Virus record (IMG/VR): IMGVR_UViG_3300033149_002562
Source: an uncultured virus (IMG/VR IMGVR_UViG_3300033149_002562)
Taxonomy: Duplodnaviria; Heunggongvirae; Uroviricota; Caudoviricetes
Direction: 5' to 3' (one strand)
DNA length: 64,000 nt
Positions 47,264-56,755 of the stretch are shown piece by piece. Numbering within the stretch: position 1 is the first letter of the stretch; each line of letters opens with the position of its first letter. The position numbers and the translations under genes are program-made. Below the pieces are notes generated by a model that was not told the DNA's origin, searched no databases, and saw only the letters and a list, made by a program, of their open reading frames with translations.

Positions 47264-47578
47264 TCAAATCAGCCTGTTCGCCAGTAAGCCGAGCACCGCC
47301 CCTATGCCAGTGCCCGCGACCGTCCCAGCGACCCCCCACACCCACGTCCTGACCGCCTGGATGCGCTTAATCGCGTCCTCGTTCCTGTTCACTCTCGCAC
47401 ACAGGCCCGGCCGCTTGCCATTGTCTGGCGGGCCAGCCAGAATCGTCTCGATCCGCTCTAGCCTCTCGTGGTGCTGGGGGCAACGTTCATTTAGAGACGC
47501 CTCCAGTGCCGTCAGCGCGTCGCGCATTTCATCGACGCGGATGAGGACTTGCTGAAGCAAGGTGTTGTCCGGCGACAT
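47264..47578 (-). CDS. coiled-coil plus C-terminal TM protein (holin/XhlA-like)
   Basis: GNGKxPGL-like motif (DNGKRPGL) then a hydrophobic C-terminus. Confidence 0.5.
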   Translation of the reverse strand: MSPDNTLLQQVLIRVDEMRDALTALEASLNERCPQHHERLERIETILAGPPDNGKRPGLCARVNRNEDAIKRIQAVRTWVWGVAGTVAGTGIGAVLGLLANRLI

Positions 47579-47692
47579 GATGTATCTCCGCTACCGAATC
47601 CGCCGACCGGCCTTGCGCCGCAGCAACAGAATCTCTCGACCCGTCGCCGGGCGAAGACCAATCATCAGCGGATCGTCGATCGTGCGAGTGGC

Positions 47693-48115
47693 CTACTGCG
47701 ACGCCTTGACGCCTGCGGTTCCCTGCTTGGGCAGGAACGGCGTGACCGCCTCGATGATCTGCTCGGCGTGGCCCTTCCCTTCTTTCATCAAGATGGGAAT
47801 GGCCGTGATGACCGTCTCGGCGATCAGCGAGTTGCGGATGTTCGGGTCGGTCATATCCCGCCCGAGCCGCTTGGTCTCGCCGTAGGCTTCGCTGTAATCG
47901 CCCACCGCCCACTTCTTCATCGGCACGGCCATCCGGGCGACGATGCCCTTCCACTTGACCAGCTCGCCGTAAGCCTCGACGACCACTTCCTGCTTCTTGT
48001 CGCGGCGGTCCTTCAGCCAGGCCACGACGATTACCCCGAGGACCACGACGGCAGCCGCCAGCCCGATGATCCACAAGTGTTCGGGGGTTAAGGTGAATGC
48101 GAAAAGAGCGTTCAT
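47693..48115 (-). CDS. membrane protein
   Basis: N-terminal TM helix; AGGAG RBS. Confidence 0.6.
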   Translation of the reverse strand: MNALFAFTLTPEHLWIIGLAAAVVVLGVIVVAWLKDRRDKKQEVVVEAYGELVKWKGIVARMAVPMKKWAVGDYSEAYGETKRLGRDMTDPNIRNSLIAETVITAIPILMKEGKGHAEQIIEAVTPFLPKQGTAGVKASQ

Positions 48116-48145
48116 CGTATCATTCTCCTGTCGAAGGGGGGTTGA

Positions 48146-48904
48146 TTACATGTCACGGAAGAAACAGACGGCGGCCGTGCCGAGCCCGGTGATTACGAGC
48201 ACGAGCACCAGCAGCCCCGTCGGAAACGCGGCTTCCTCTGCTTCGTCCTGGCCGATGTCCGGCGGGCCCGGCGGCGGCACGATCTCGTTTTCGCCCTCGT
48301 CCGGCGTCGGCGGTTCGGGCGGAGTCGGGGGTGTCGGCGCGGGTTGCGGGCCGCAACGGTCGCGGAACCGCCTGAACAAGTCCCGCAGCCGCCCGACGAG
48401 CACCGCGGGATCGTCCGGCATGACCTCCCGCCGATAGCTCGCCCGCACGAGCCCGGCCGGGAATCCGGCCCGGGAGCCGCAGTAGACCGTCTTGCCGCGC
48501 TGGTCGGTAATCAGCAGAGCCGGCACCGCATCGCCGATGTGCGACTTGAACCGCTCACGATACACGTCGCTGTCCGTCGTGTAGAGGTGCCAATGCACCT
48601 GACAACGCAGGCCGTTCAAGACCGGGTGCGAGTAGAACCAGCTTACCGTCTCTCGTTCGACCGGGCGGGACTTCCAGTTCGGCGAGACGAACAAGCTGAC
48701 GTACCAAGCGCCGCCATCATCGGGCAGCTTGACGATGCGCTCTTCGGGAAGCGCGGTTTGCTTGACCTGCCCTTGCAGGTCGGCGACTTCCTTGCGCAGC
48801 TCTGCCCGGTCCCGGTCGGCGCTGTGGCCGAGAAACACGGCCAGCAGCCCGACGGCGAGCACGCACGCGAGGATCGCTAGGAGTCGGGGATCGACTCGGT
48901 TCAT
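48146..48904 (-). CDS. membrane protein with N- and C-terminal TM helices and a Pro-rich linker
   Basis: Two hydrophobic termini; PAPTPPTPPEPPTP. Confidence 0.65.
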   Translation of the reverse strand: MNRVDPRLLAILACVLAVGLLAVFLGHSADRDRAELRKEVADLQGQVKQTALPEERIVKLPDDGGAWYVSLFVSPNWKSRPVERETVSWFYSHPVLNGLRCQVHWHLYTTDSDVYRERFKSHIGDAVPALLITDQRGKTVYCGSRAGFPAGLVRASYRREVMPDDPAVLVGRLRDLFRRFRDRCGPQPAPTPPTPPEPPTPDEGENEIVPPPGPPDIGQDEAEEAAFPTGLLVLVLVITGLGTAAVCFFRDM

Positions 48905-48916
48905 AATTGAGTCCTC

Positions 48917-49357
48917 CTAATTGGGAAAAGGTTTAGTGCTCACATCACGGTAGAATACGAGTACCTCTTTATCCGTCACGGTCACGCGGTCAATGGACCG
49001 ACCCGGAGGGCCGTATGTCTCGGCGTATAGATCGCCTTTGATCGTCCGTTCCGTGATCTCGCCGTCGTCGAAGACGAGATAGCGCTCGGAAAACGGCCCG
49101 AAGGTGTCGGCCGACACCACGTACTCTGTACGGTGTTCGGTTGTCTCGCCCGTTTCCAGGTCGCACCGCAGCACCATGAGGTGCTCCGACACTCTCGGTG
49201 GATTGTTGGCTTGACCTGCGCAGTACCCCTCAGAAAAGCCGCGCTGGCAACCCATCTCGAATATCCGGGTTCCTATCCAGCTCGCAATGCAAGAGCCGAT
49301 AGTGCATACAAGAATGAACAGGGCCGGCAGCACAAGGAGTTTCCACGAATCTTTCAT
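48917..49357 (-). CDS. membrane-anchored hypothetical protein (tandem paralog A)
   Basis: High similarity to 49383..49811. Confidence 0.7.
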   Translation of the reverse strand: MKDSWKLLVLPALFILVCTIGSCIASWIGTRIFEMGCQRGFSEGYCAGQANNPPRVSEHLMVLRCDLETGETTEHRTEYVVSADTFGPFSERYLVFDDGEITERTIKGDLYAETYGPPGRSIDRVTVTDKEVLVFYRDVSTKPFPN

Positions 49358-49382
49358 CTTGTTACCTCTGCGAAGAGCGAAC

Positions 49383-49811
49383 TCAGAGGATCGCATCACG
49401 GTAAAACACGAGCACCTCTTTGTCCGTCACGGTCACGCGGTCAATCACCCAACGCGGAGGGCCGTGCATGTGCATGTACGGATCGCCTTTGACCGTCCGT
49501 TCCGTGATCTCGCCGTCGCCAAGGACGAGATAGCGCTCGGAAAACGGCTCAATCGCGTCGGCGGACATAAGGTAGTCTGTACGGTGTCTGGTCAACTCGC
49601 CCGTTTCCAAGTCGCACCGCAGCACCATGAGGTACTCCGACACTCTCGGCGAGTCTTCGGTTTGATCCGCGCGAAGCGCGTCCGAGAGGCCGCGCTGGCG
49701 ACCCAGCTCGAATATCTGCATTCCTATCCAGCTTGTGATGTAAGCGCTGATAATGCACACAAAAACGATTATGGCCGGCAGCACAAGGGGTTTCCACGAA
49801 TCCGATTTCAT
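49383..49811 (-). CDS. membrane-anchored hypothetical protein (tandem paralog B)
   Basis: High similarity to 48917..49357. Confidence 0.7.
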   Translation of the reverse strand: MKSDSWKPLVLPAIIVFVCIISAYITSWIGMQIFELGRQRGLSDALRADQTEDSPRVSEYLMVLRCDLETGELTRHRTDYLMSADAIEPFSERYLVLGDGEITERTVKGDPYMHMHGPPRWVIDRVTVTDKEVLVFYRDAIL

Positions 49812-50497
49812 CTTGTTACCTCCGCGAAGAGCGAACCCGGCGGCGGTCCCACCGGGCTGTAGATCACGGTAAACGCCACGCCACCGCGGTAACCGTAGTT
49901 GCGCCCACACGCCTGCCAATGCCGAAGAAACCACTCCTTCGGCGTCGCGTACTCGCGGCGGGGATCGTTGTTGTCGAGCAGAATCGCCATGCCGCGGTCG
50001 AAGCCGATGAACGTGATGGCGTGGGCGGACCGCGGATCGGTTGTCGAGCGGTTATAGAAGATGCACGCCGGTCGTCTTGTCCTGCTACACCACTCCAAAA
50101 ACTCGACTTCGCCCGTCGTGGTGTAGGCGTACCGCAGGTCCAATCGCTCGCAGATCGCCCGCAGGGTGCTGACACCTGCCCCGCCACCGTAGCGTTGCCG
50201 CCAGAGCCGCGCCGTCCACGCCATCCCTTGGGCGACCAATACGTCCTGCATCGCGGCGTGGGCACAGGAGCCGCCGCTGTAGTTCGCGTGTCGCAGCGCC
50301 CGTTCGAGTCGCTGAATCGGCCCGGACTGATACGGACAGCGGCCGTCCGGGCAGTTGTCGTGTTTGCTCGGCTCCGTCTGGATCGTGACCGGCTCGCACC
50401 CCATCAGCACCGCCAGCAAACAGCCTACGACTACCGCCGTAGCGGCGGCCATAACGAACCAGGCCATAAGCGGTATTGGTTCATGGGTTTGGCTCAC
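49808..50497 (-). CDS. papain-fold cysteine peptidase-like lipoprotein (C39-like)
   Basis: Signal-like region ending LMGC; GSCAHAA...HAITFIG...LLDNN (Cys-His-Asp order). Confidence 0.6.
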   Translation of the reverse strand: MSQTHEPIPLMAWFVMAAATAVVVGCLLAVLMGCEPVTIQTEPSKHDNCPDGRCPYQSGPIQRLERALRHANYSGGSCAHAAMQDVLVAQGMAWTARLWRQRYGGGAGVSTLRAICERLDLRYAYTTTGEVEFLEWCSRTRRPACIFYNRSTTDPRSAHAITFIGFDRGMAILLDNNDPRREYATPKEWFLRHWQACGRNYGYRGGVAFTVIYSPVGPPPGSLFAEVTR

Positions 50498-51102
50498 GGC
50501 ACTAGCTCCTCGAACTTCTTGCGGTAGAACAACGATCTCGTCAGGTCTCCGGGCCAGGTCGAACGTGGCGCAAGCTGGAGCACCGTATCGACGTTCCCGC
50601 CCTCTGGATGCTGGCACGCCGTCGCAACACTCTCCGAGCAGACTACCTCCTCGGCTGACGGAGCCGAATCGTTGTAGTACGGTCGGACGAGCCAGCGAAG
50701 CCACGCCAATCTCGTCTTCGCCATGCGTGCCGCCGTTTCCACGCCATAGGGTCGGCCGAGAAACGTATCGAGCCAATACTGACACGCTGCCTTGGGATTC
50801 CACTGCCGCCGCCAGCGGCCGTCCGGATCGGCTGCGAATACGTCAATCTTGCCTGGATACTGCTCGACCCAGCGAACGAGCGGCACGACCACTCCGCCGC
50901 GGTCGCGCACCATATCAAGCGAGTAGAGCCGCGGCTTTCCGAACCGACCATGCACGACTTGCATCCAGCAGGCCATTCCGACGTGGCTATAGAGCGACGC
51001 CGACGCAACGGCGATGGCCTCGCCCCACTTGTCCACCGGCCGCCACGCCAGCAGGTCGCCGGTACGGATGTCACCCGCAACTTTTCTCAGCGACGAACCC
51101 AT
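50494..51102 (-). CDS. permuted NlpC/P60 (YiiX/YebB-like) cysteine hydrolase
   Basis: RTGDLL, YSHVGM, GRPY, VCSESVA, WPGDL. Confidence 0.8.
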   Translation of the reverse strand: MGSSLRKVAGDIRTGDLLAWRPVDKWGEAIAVASASLYSHVGMACWMQVVHGRFGKPRLYSLDMVRDRGGVVVPLVRWVEQYPGKIDVFAADPDGRWRRQWNPKAACQYWLDTFLGRPYGVETAARMAKTRLAWLRWLVRPYYNDSAPSAEEVVCSESVATACQHPEGGNVDTVLQLAPRSTWPGDLTRSLFYRKKFEELVP

Positions 51103-51223
51103 GCGCCGTCCCCTTTGCGAATCACTTTCCTCATGTCGTAGTTGTAGGGCAGCTATTTAGTCCGATAGCCGGACTTGCCGGACCCTCCGCAACGAGGACA
51201 CGTGACTTTGCCGCTACGGCTCT

Positions 51224-52222
51224 TTATGCGACCGCGCCCACCACAGACGCGGCACTTGCCTTTCGTCGGTCGCTCCATGCCGTTGTATCCCTGAGTATCT
51301 GCTTTAGTCGATTCTCATACGTGTGGTACTGCATGACGTATCGTCGTGCAGCTTCGCCAATGTGTCGCCGCCGATTTACGTCTCGCCGCAAGTCGGAGAC
51401 AAGCGATACCAACTCGCCGTCAGTATCGTAACATGCGGCTCTGCTTTCGACTGCTGTCGGCAGACCCACCCCACGTCTGTGTGCAACGCACGCGCCAGCG
51501 CCCATGCACAGCCACAATCTATCAGATCGGTAGCCGTCTAAGTCTTGCCGAAGGTCCACGGACAGCACTACTGCGGCGTTGCTCGCCAGTCTGGGGATGC
51601 TGAGCGCCGGGCAGAAGGGTAAAGGGAGGGCACCGCGCGGCACGTCACCGCGCGGATGCCCAGCCCACGCGACACTAAACCCCTCGGAGAGGAGAATACT
51701 TACGTCGTGGTAGCGCTGTCGCCACGCTTTGCCTGGAGTCCCGATCACCACGACATCCCAGGTGGGTAGCTCCTCGTGCGTGGCCGCTGGCATATCTGAC
51801 GGACACGCTTGGTCTAAGTAGCGGGCGTTTATCCCTGCCGCTCTATATTCATCGAGCTGACTCCGCTCCTTGACGTAGGCGACATCCATCACAGTCAACT
51901 CGCGACGCCACAAGGTTGGCGAGCCGTCCCGCTCGATCATCGCAGACTGCTTCGCGATAGGGGCGTCGTCTCGCGCAATCAGATCGAACACCCACTCCAC
52001 CCATACGCTTTTGCGGTGGCTTGCGAATTGGACCAGGCCGTTTTGCTCACATCCACCACCGCGTTGACAGAACAGCATGGCGTCGCACTCCGCGTCGGCG
52101 GCTGGCAATTCGGCAAGCGACGACACTTGCACCGTATCATGGCCGAGTCGCCTAGCGGCATCGCGCACCCAATCCCACTTGGGCCAGGCTCGCCGTCGCT
52201 GATACACCAGTCCGAGACGCAC
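51224..52222 (-). CDS. CgeB-like glycosyltransferase
   Basis: YLDQAC, GYRSDRLWLCMGAG, IGEAARRYVMQYHTYENR. Confidence 0.8.
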   Translation of the reverse strand: MRLGLVYQRRRAWPKWDWVRDAARRLGHDTVQVSSLAELPAADAECDAMLFCQRGGGCEQNGLVQFASHRKSVWVEWVFDLIARDDAPIAKQSAMIERDGSPTLWRRELTVMDVAYVKERSQLDEYRAAGINARYLDQACPSDMPAATHEELPTWDVVVIGTPGKAWRQRYHDVSILLSEGFSVAWAGHPRGDVPRGALPLPFCPALSIPRLASNAAVVLSVDLRQDLDGYRSDRLWLCMGAGACVAHRRGVGLPTAVESRAACYDTDGELVSLVSDLRRDVNRRRHIGEAARRYVMQYHTYENRLKQILRDTTAWSDRRKASAASVVGAVA

Positions 52223-52231
52223 GGTTGCACC

Positions 52232-52846
52232 TTATGTCGCCTGAGCCTGCGCAGCCGCTGTCCGCCCGAGAAACGTGTCCCAGTCGGCGAGCGTCTTCGG
52301 GGTGCCATGAAACGCCAAGCCAACTTCTGGCTTGTGGACGAACGGATCGGTCGCCGTGAAATCCACTGTGATTTGCCCCGCGGGCTGCTTGACGAAATCG
52401 CCATTCAGCAGACGAGCATAACCGCGATCGCACAGTACCTTCATGTGGTACCACCACGTCGCGAGCCGATTCGGGTCTACTGTAGAGCGGTACTCGTCTT
52501 CGGCGACGTTCGTGCTCTGCGCAATCGTGACGCCGCGCTTGTTTGCCGCAGCGAGCACCTGGTCTCGAAGCCCATCGTACTCCCGCCACCGCAGCGGATC
52601 GCTCACGCCGCACTTCTTCGCTGCGACGTTGACCCACAACAGCTTGCCGGGAATGTCTGGATACGGGAGGCCGCGAGCAACATCAGAGAGTGCATCTCGC
52701 CGATACGCACCTCGTAACGGCTTGCGCAACGGCTTGAAAACCACCGACGCGTTGTCGGGCGCGAACAGTTCGATTATGATCGTGCTGCTCGGCGAAACGC
52801 CCGCCTCGTCACATACCTTCTTCGCCATCTGCGAAGGGCTCAGCAT
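52232..52846 (-). CDS. hypothetical protein downstream of the capsid gene
   Basis: AAGGAG RBS; no motif recognised. Confidence 0.6.
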   Translation of the reverse strand: MLSPSQMAKKVCDEAGVSPSSTIIIELFAPDNASVVFKPLRKPLRGAYRRDALSDVARGLPYPDIPGKLLWVNVAAKKCGVSDPLRWREYDGLRDQVLAAANKRGVTIAQSTNVAEDEYRSTVDPNRLATWWYHMKVLCDRGYARLLNGDFVKQPAGQITVDFTATDPFVHKPEVGLAFHGTPKTLADWDTFLGRTAAAQAQAT

Positions 52847-52953
52847 GACTCGACTCCTTCTTTTGGGGTTCGGTTGTCGCGTGCCGACGAAAGGCCAGAA
52901 TAACCGGGCAGCGAGCCGTCGGCCAGCTCGCTGCCCGGCGGAGAAACGTGCGA

Positions 52954-54645
52954 TCACCCATCGGTGCTATCGCCATCGGTGCATTTGGCCACGCTGCTCG
53001 GCAGTGTCACTTGACCGCCGAATCTCGCGTGCGCCGTAATCAGTTTCGTGTGACGAAGATGCAAGTTGTAGCCCGCGTCCGTCACGCGAATCTCGACGCC
53101 CTGCCGACGATACATGACGTAATACGCCAGATTGCAGAACGCCGAATAGGCGTCGTTGATGTTGTGCTCGATGCTCACCGGATGGCCGCCGAGCGTGTAG
53201 TCGGTAAACGTCGCTGACGGGTTGAAAATCCGTCTGGCGTCGGCCGTGCCGACCGGTACGCTCAGGTACCGCCGATACGCGGTCTCGTTCATCACGAATC
53301 GGCATCGGCCGCCCATCGACTTTCGCATCTCCTTCGGGAGCGCGAAGAACAACTCCTCCACGTCGCCAGCCGCGTAGGGGCCGCTGGTCCCGTTCGCAGA
53401 GCTGACCGACGTGACACCGCTCTTGGTGAAAATACCCTCCGGTTCGGTCGTGCCGTCGCCGTTGGCGATCTGGTTGTCGCACCAGTTCATGATGTCCTCG
53501 CCGAACTGGCGAGCGAACTCGGTCGCCCAATTGATCGGCGAATCGGCCTCCCAATCGAGACCGATCTCCACACCGCTGTCCACGCGGAAGATCGTCGTGT
53601 CCATGTTCGTAATGAGCCCGGACACGCTCTCCAACGACAGCGCCGTACCCTCGGTCGTGTTGCCGACCGGGCTGATTCGGCTGCCCTGATAGAATCCAGC
53701 TACCGAACTGCTTGTCGCCGTTCGCAGCGTGACATAGGGCAGCAGTTCGGCGTACAGAATCGGCAACACCCACAGGTAAGCATCGAGCGGCACCGGCACG
53801 GCATACGAACCACCGGACGTGGTGTCGTCGATCATGTAGTCGCCAGCCGTCTTGTGCATCATCCGGTGACGCTCGGCGTCGTTGAGCTTTCGGCCGCGAC
53901 CCATGTTTTCGTGACCGTTGACCCACTTCATTTCATTGATGGCGTACAAGAACAGGTCGCGTTCGTGGTCGTTTCGCAGCGCGGACGGCCCGAACAGCTT
54001 GGCCGCCAACGCGGCACCGCACGCGGCCAGCTCCGCGTCACTCGGGATGAACAGCGGCTCGGGGCCGCTTTGCGGATTCACATCAGGTGCCCAGCCGAAC
54101 GCCCGACGCCCGGCCAAGGGGTGACGCACCTGGCTACCGTCAGCGGCGGTTCGCACCATGGGAAACGTCACGTCTTTGCGGTCCTGCGAGTACCGCTCGA
54201 CCGCCTTCTTGACTCGCGGCTTGCTGCCCGCGGCTGCGGCCCTCGCCATGACCGGCATCGAATCAAACTCGTCATCCGTCTGGCCCAGAATGCGGGCTGT
54301 CTCCGCCTTGGCGACCTCGGCCGCCTCCCGGCGCAGTTGCTCGGCCGCGTCGTCGTTGTCGTTCTCGTCCTTCTTTGTAGGCGTCTCCGGCCGCGAGAAC
54401 GTACTGATCGCATCGGCGAGCTTCGACAAGCTTTCGATTACCGGCTTGTTTGCCTCGGCGAACAACCGAGACAGAGTCTCCTCGGCGTTGCTCTCCGGCC
54501 TCGCCATTTCGGCGTACTGGTCGTCGGCCAGCTTGCCTTCAGCGCGGGCCTTGGTCAACGCGGCCTCGAACTGTTCGTCGTCCGCGTCGGCGGCCACGCT
54601 CAGATTTTCGACCGCCCACCTTTTCAAGGTTTCGGTGAGTGTCAT
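52954..54645 (-). CDS. major capsid protein (HK97 fold) with N-terminal scaffold region
   Basis: SGGSYAVP, GDGTTEPEGI, FVMN, TLGGHPV, ARFGG; follows the prohead protease. Confidence 0.88.
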   Translation of the reverse strand: MTLTETLKRWAVENLSVAADADDEQFEAALTKARAEGKLADDQYAEMARPESNAEETLSRLFAEANKPVIESLSKLADAISTFSRPETPTKKDENDNDDAAEQLRREAAEVAKAETARILGQTDDEFDSMPVMARAAAAGSKPRVKKAVERYSQDRKDVTFPMVRTAADGSQVRHPLAGRRAFGWAPDVNPQSGPEPLFIPSDAELAACGAALAAKLFGPSALRNDHERDLFLYAINEMKWVNGHENMGRGRKLNDAERHRMMHKTAGDYMIDDTTSGGSYAVPVPLDAYLWVLPILYAELLPYVTLRTATSSSVAGFYQGSRISPVGNTTEGTALSLESVSGLITNMDTTIFRVDSGVEIGLDWEADSPINWATEFARQFGEDIMNWCDNQIANGDGTTEPEGIFTKSGVTSVSSANGTSGPYAAGDVEELFFALPKEMRKSMGGRCRFVMNETAYRRYLSVPVGTADARRIFNPSATFTDYTLGGHPVSIEHNINDAYSAFCNLAYYVMYRRQGVEIRVTDAGYNLHLRHTKLITAHARFGGQVTLPSSVAKCTDGDSTDG

Positions 54646-54688
54646 CTTCACACCTCCTATCGGTTCATGAAAGACGCGGCCTCCCGCG

Positions 54689-56407
54689 TCAGAGTCTCTT
54701 CAACAAACGATTCAACTCACGATTGCGCTTGTTCACCCGTTCAACGGCAAGCTGCGTCGCTAGCACGCCGATTGCGTGTTCGATAGTCCGCTCGTCCGCG
54801 CGAAGAAGCACGGCTAAGGCGTCAGTCGGACTTTCGACCATGTTGACTTTCACCTCGGCAACCGCTCTGCTGGCGAGAGGGGCATTGTCGTCGGCGTCGC
54901 TTGCCACCGCCCGCTCCGGCAAGTGCGCCCGCAAGTGGGCCATCACGCGGTCGAGGTCTGCGCCGGACAATCCGTCTACCTGATTCGCTCTCGCCAATGC
55001 GTTCCGCACGCCGTTCAAGCTCGCCTTGCCAGCGTCATCGTGATTCGGCGGGAAGTGATGCGGCAGTCTCAGCGCGCCGAACGTGTCGAGATCGGCGTAC
55101 CACGCGAAATGCCTAGCGATTCGATTGCGCTCGGTCGCCGTAAGATCGGCCCACCTCTCGTCAGTGAAGTCCGCAAGCGTCGGAGCCCGCCACGTTCCCT
55201 CTACGCCAACACCATCGCCGTTCGGCGGATTGGCGGGGATAGTCTTTTCGTACCGCTGTCCGCCCTTCTCTTCGTCCGTGTCCGGTAGGTCGGTCAGTTC
55301 GGGCGGGTCGTCACCCCATCCATCCTCGATGTGCCTGGCGAGGTGCTCGTACGCACCATCTCGGTCCGTCTCGTCCACAACGGTCTCGTGCGTCGCGCCG
55401 TTCACTGCCCGGATGCCAAGCAAGCACGCCCGGTAATTCGTGACCAGCTCTCCGTCGCGGTAATCGTGATGGAGTAGCTTGTAGTGGTCTTGCTGAGTGC
55501 CGTCGCCGTAAACTACAGCAAACGCCTCCCTGTACCGACTACGCTGCGATTCATCGGTCAGATCGAACTTCTCGGCGTCGCCCTGCGCCCACTCCTTTAC
55601 CCGCCGCTTGGCGGATGCGATGTCCCACTCGGCATTGCGGTCTTGCGACGCGTACTCCCTATACTTCACCACCTCCTTGGCAAACTCGATCCCTCGGACC
55701 TGCACAGGCCGAGTTCTTTTATATGCCGATGCCAACGCCTTCGTGTACGGATGATGCAGCTTCGCTCGCTCGCTCGCCATCACTACGGCATCGACGTTCG
55801 ATGGCACCGAGACAAGCGACACTTCGATCAAATCGTACTTGCGAATATGCCAGCCGAGAAACTCGCCGTCCTTCGACTCCCGCTCCTCCCACTCGGTCGG
55901 CAGAAACCCGTGACTGATCCGCAGAGCGCCGAACTCGACTAGCGTGGCCGCGTCACGACCGAGCGGCGTGTCGGCAATGGCAAAACGGGCCTTCACGCGC
56001 TTCTTGTTTTGCTGCGTCACCTCCAACAGCTTGCCAATGGGCTCCATCATTAGATGCTGCCAGAGCAACGGAGCTTTCGGGTCCACCTCGGCACCATCCG
56101 GGTCAAGCACGTCGCCGTCGCGGTCAAGGCGGTTGCTGGTTACGACCGCCTCGAACTCCATGATTGCCCCTTCGGTAAACTCCTTGCCCCGCTTTCGCTT
56201 CGTGACGATCTCCATACCGGGATCACAAAACGTCAGCTTGTTCTCGGCCTCCTTGATCGCTTCTGCCAGCTCGTCCGCGTCCAGTCCCGTCTTGCGAAGG
56301 CAACCATTAAGCTGCCGAAGATAGACCGCCGCGGTGCCGATACCCCAACGATCTCGACCGAGCCGGTCGAGAATCGCACGCACGTCGTCGCCGATGATCG
56401 CTGGCAT
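54689..56407 (-). CDS. HK97-family prohead protease with C-terminal extension
   Basis: DRDGDVL, LLWQH...PIGK, SHGF, LIEVSLVSVPSN. Confidence 0.9.
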   Translation of the reverse strand: MPAIIGDDVRAILDRLGRDRWGIGTAAVYLRQLNGCLRKTGLDADELAEAIKEAENKLTFCDPGMEIVTKRKRGKEFTEGAIMEFEAVVTSNRLDRDGDVLDPDGAEVDPKAPLLWQHLMMEPIGKLLEVTQQNKKRVKARFAIADTPLGRDAATLVEFGALRISHGFLPTEWEERESKDGEFLGWHIRKYDLIEVSLVSVPSNVDAVVMASERAKLHHPYTKALASAYKRTRPVQVRGIEFAKEVVKYREYASQDRNAEWDIASAKRRVKEWAQGDAEKFDLTDESQRSRYREAFAVVYGDGTQQDHYKLLHHDYRDGELVTNYRACLLGIRAVNGATHETVVDETDRDGAYEHLARHIEDGWGDDPPELTDLPDTDEEKGGQRYEKTIPANPPNGDGVGVEGTWRAPTLADFTDERWADLTATERNRIARHFAWYADLDTFGALRLPHHFPPNHDDAGKASLNGVRNALARANQVDGLSGADLDRVMAHLRAHLPERAVASDADDNAPLASRAVAEVKVNMVESPTDALAVLLRADERTIEHAIGVLATQLAVERVNKRNRELNRLLKRL

Positions 56408-56426
56408 TGTCACCTCCACTCATAAC

Positions 56427-56466
56427 AAAAAGGGCCTGACGCCGGGATCGTCCCAGCGTCAGGCCC
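56427..56466 (-). terminator. intrinsic terminator upstream of the protease gene
   Basis: GGGCCTGACGC / GCGTCAGGCCC stem followed by TTTTT on the minus strand. Confidence 0.75.
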
Positions 56467-56494
56467 AGTTGCATCCGGTACCAATGCGATGTCG

Positions 56495-56701
56495 CTACTC
56501 CCGACACCGCTCGATTGCATCCACAACGGCCGCTACCTGCCCGCGTTTCCAGATCAGCTCGATCCGACTGCGACCGAAGAAATGTCGTCCTTCGATGACC
56601 TCAATCTGCCGATCTAGCTGCTCGTGAGCTTCGCGGCAGCGACTCCGCGTGTCGTCTGTTACCTCGTGTACCTTCTGTCCGTACATAGCAGATTCTGGCA
56701 C
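56495..56701 (-). CDS. small hypothetical protein
   Basis: FFGRSRIELIWKRGQV resembles small YezD/DUF2292-like proteins. Confidence 0.5.
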   Translation of the reverse strand: MPESAMYGQKVHEVTDDTRSRCREAHEQLDRQIEVIEGRHFFGRSRIELIWKRGQVAAVVDAIERCRE

Positions 56702-56755
56702 CCCGTGTCAAGCCCTCTTGCGATCACCATCCTTCTGGTGTACGCAACAACCCAT

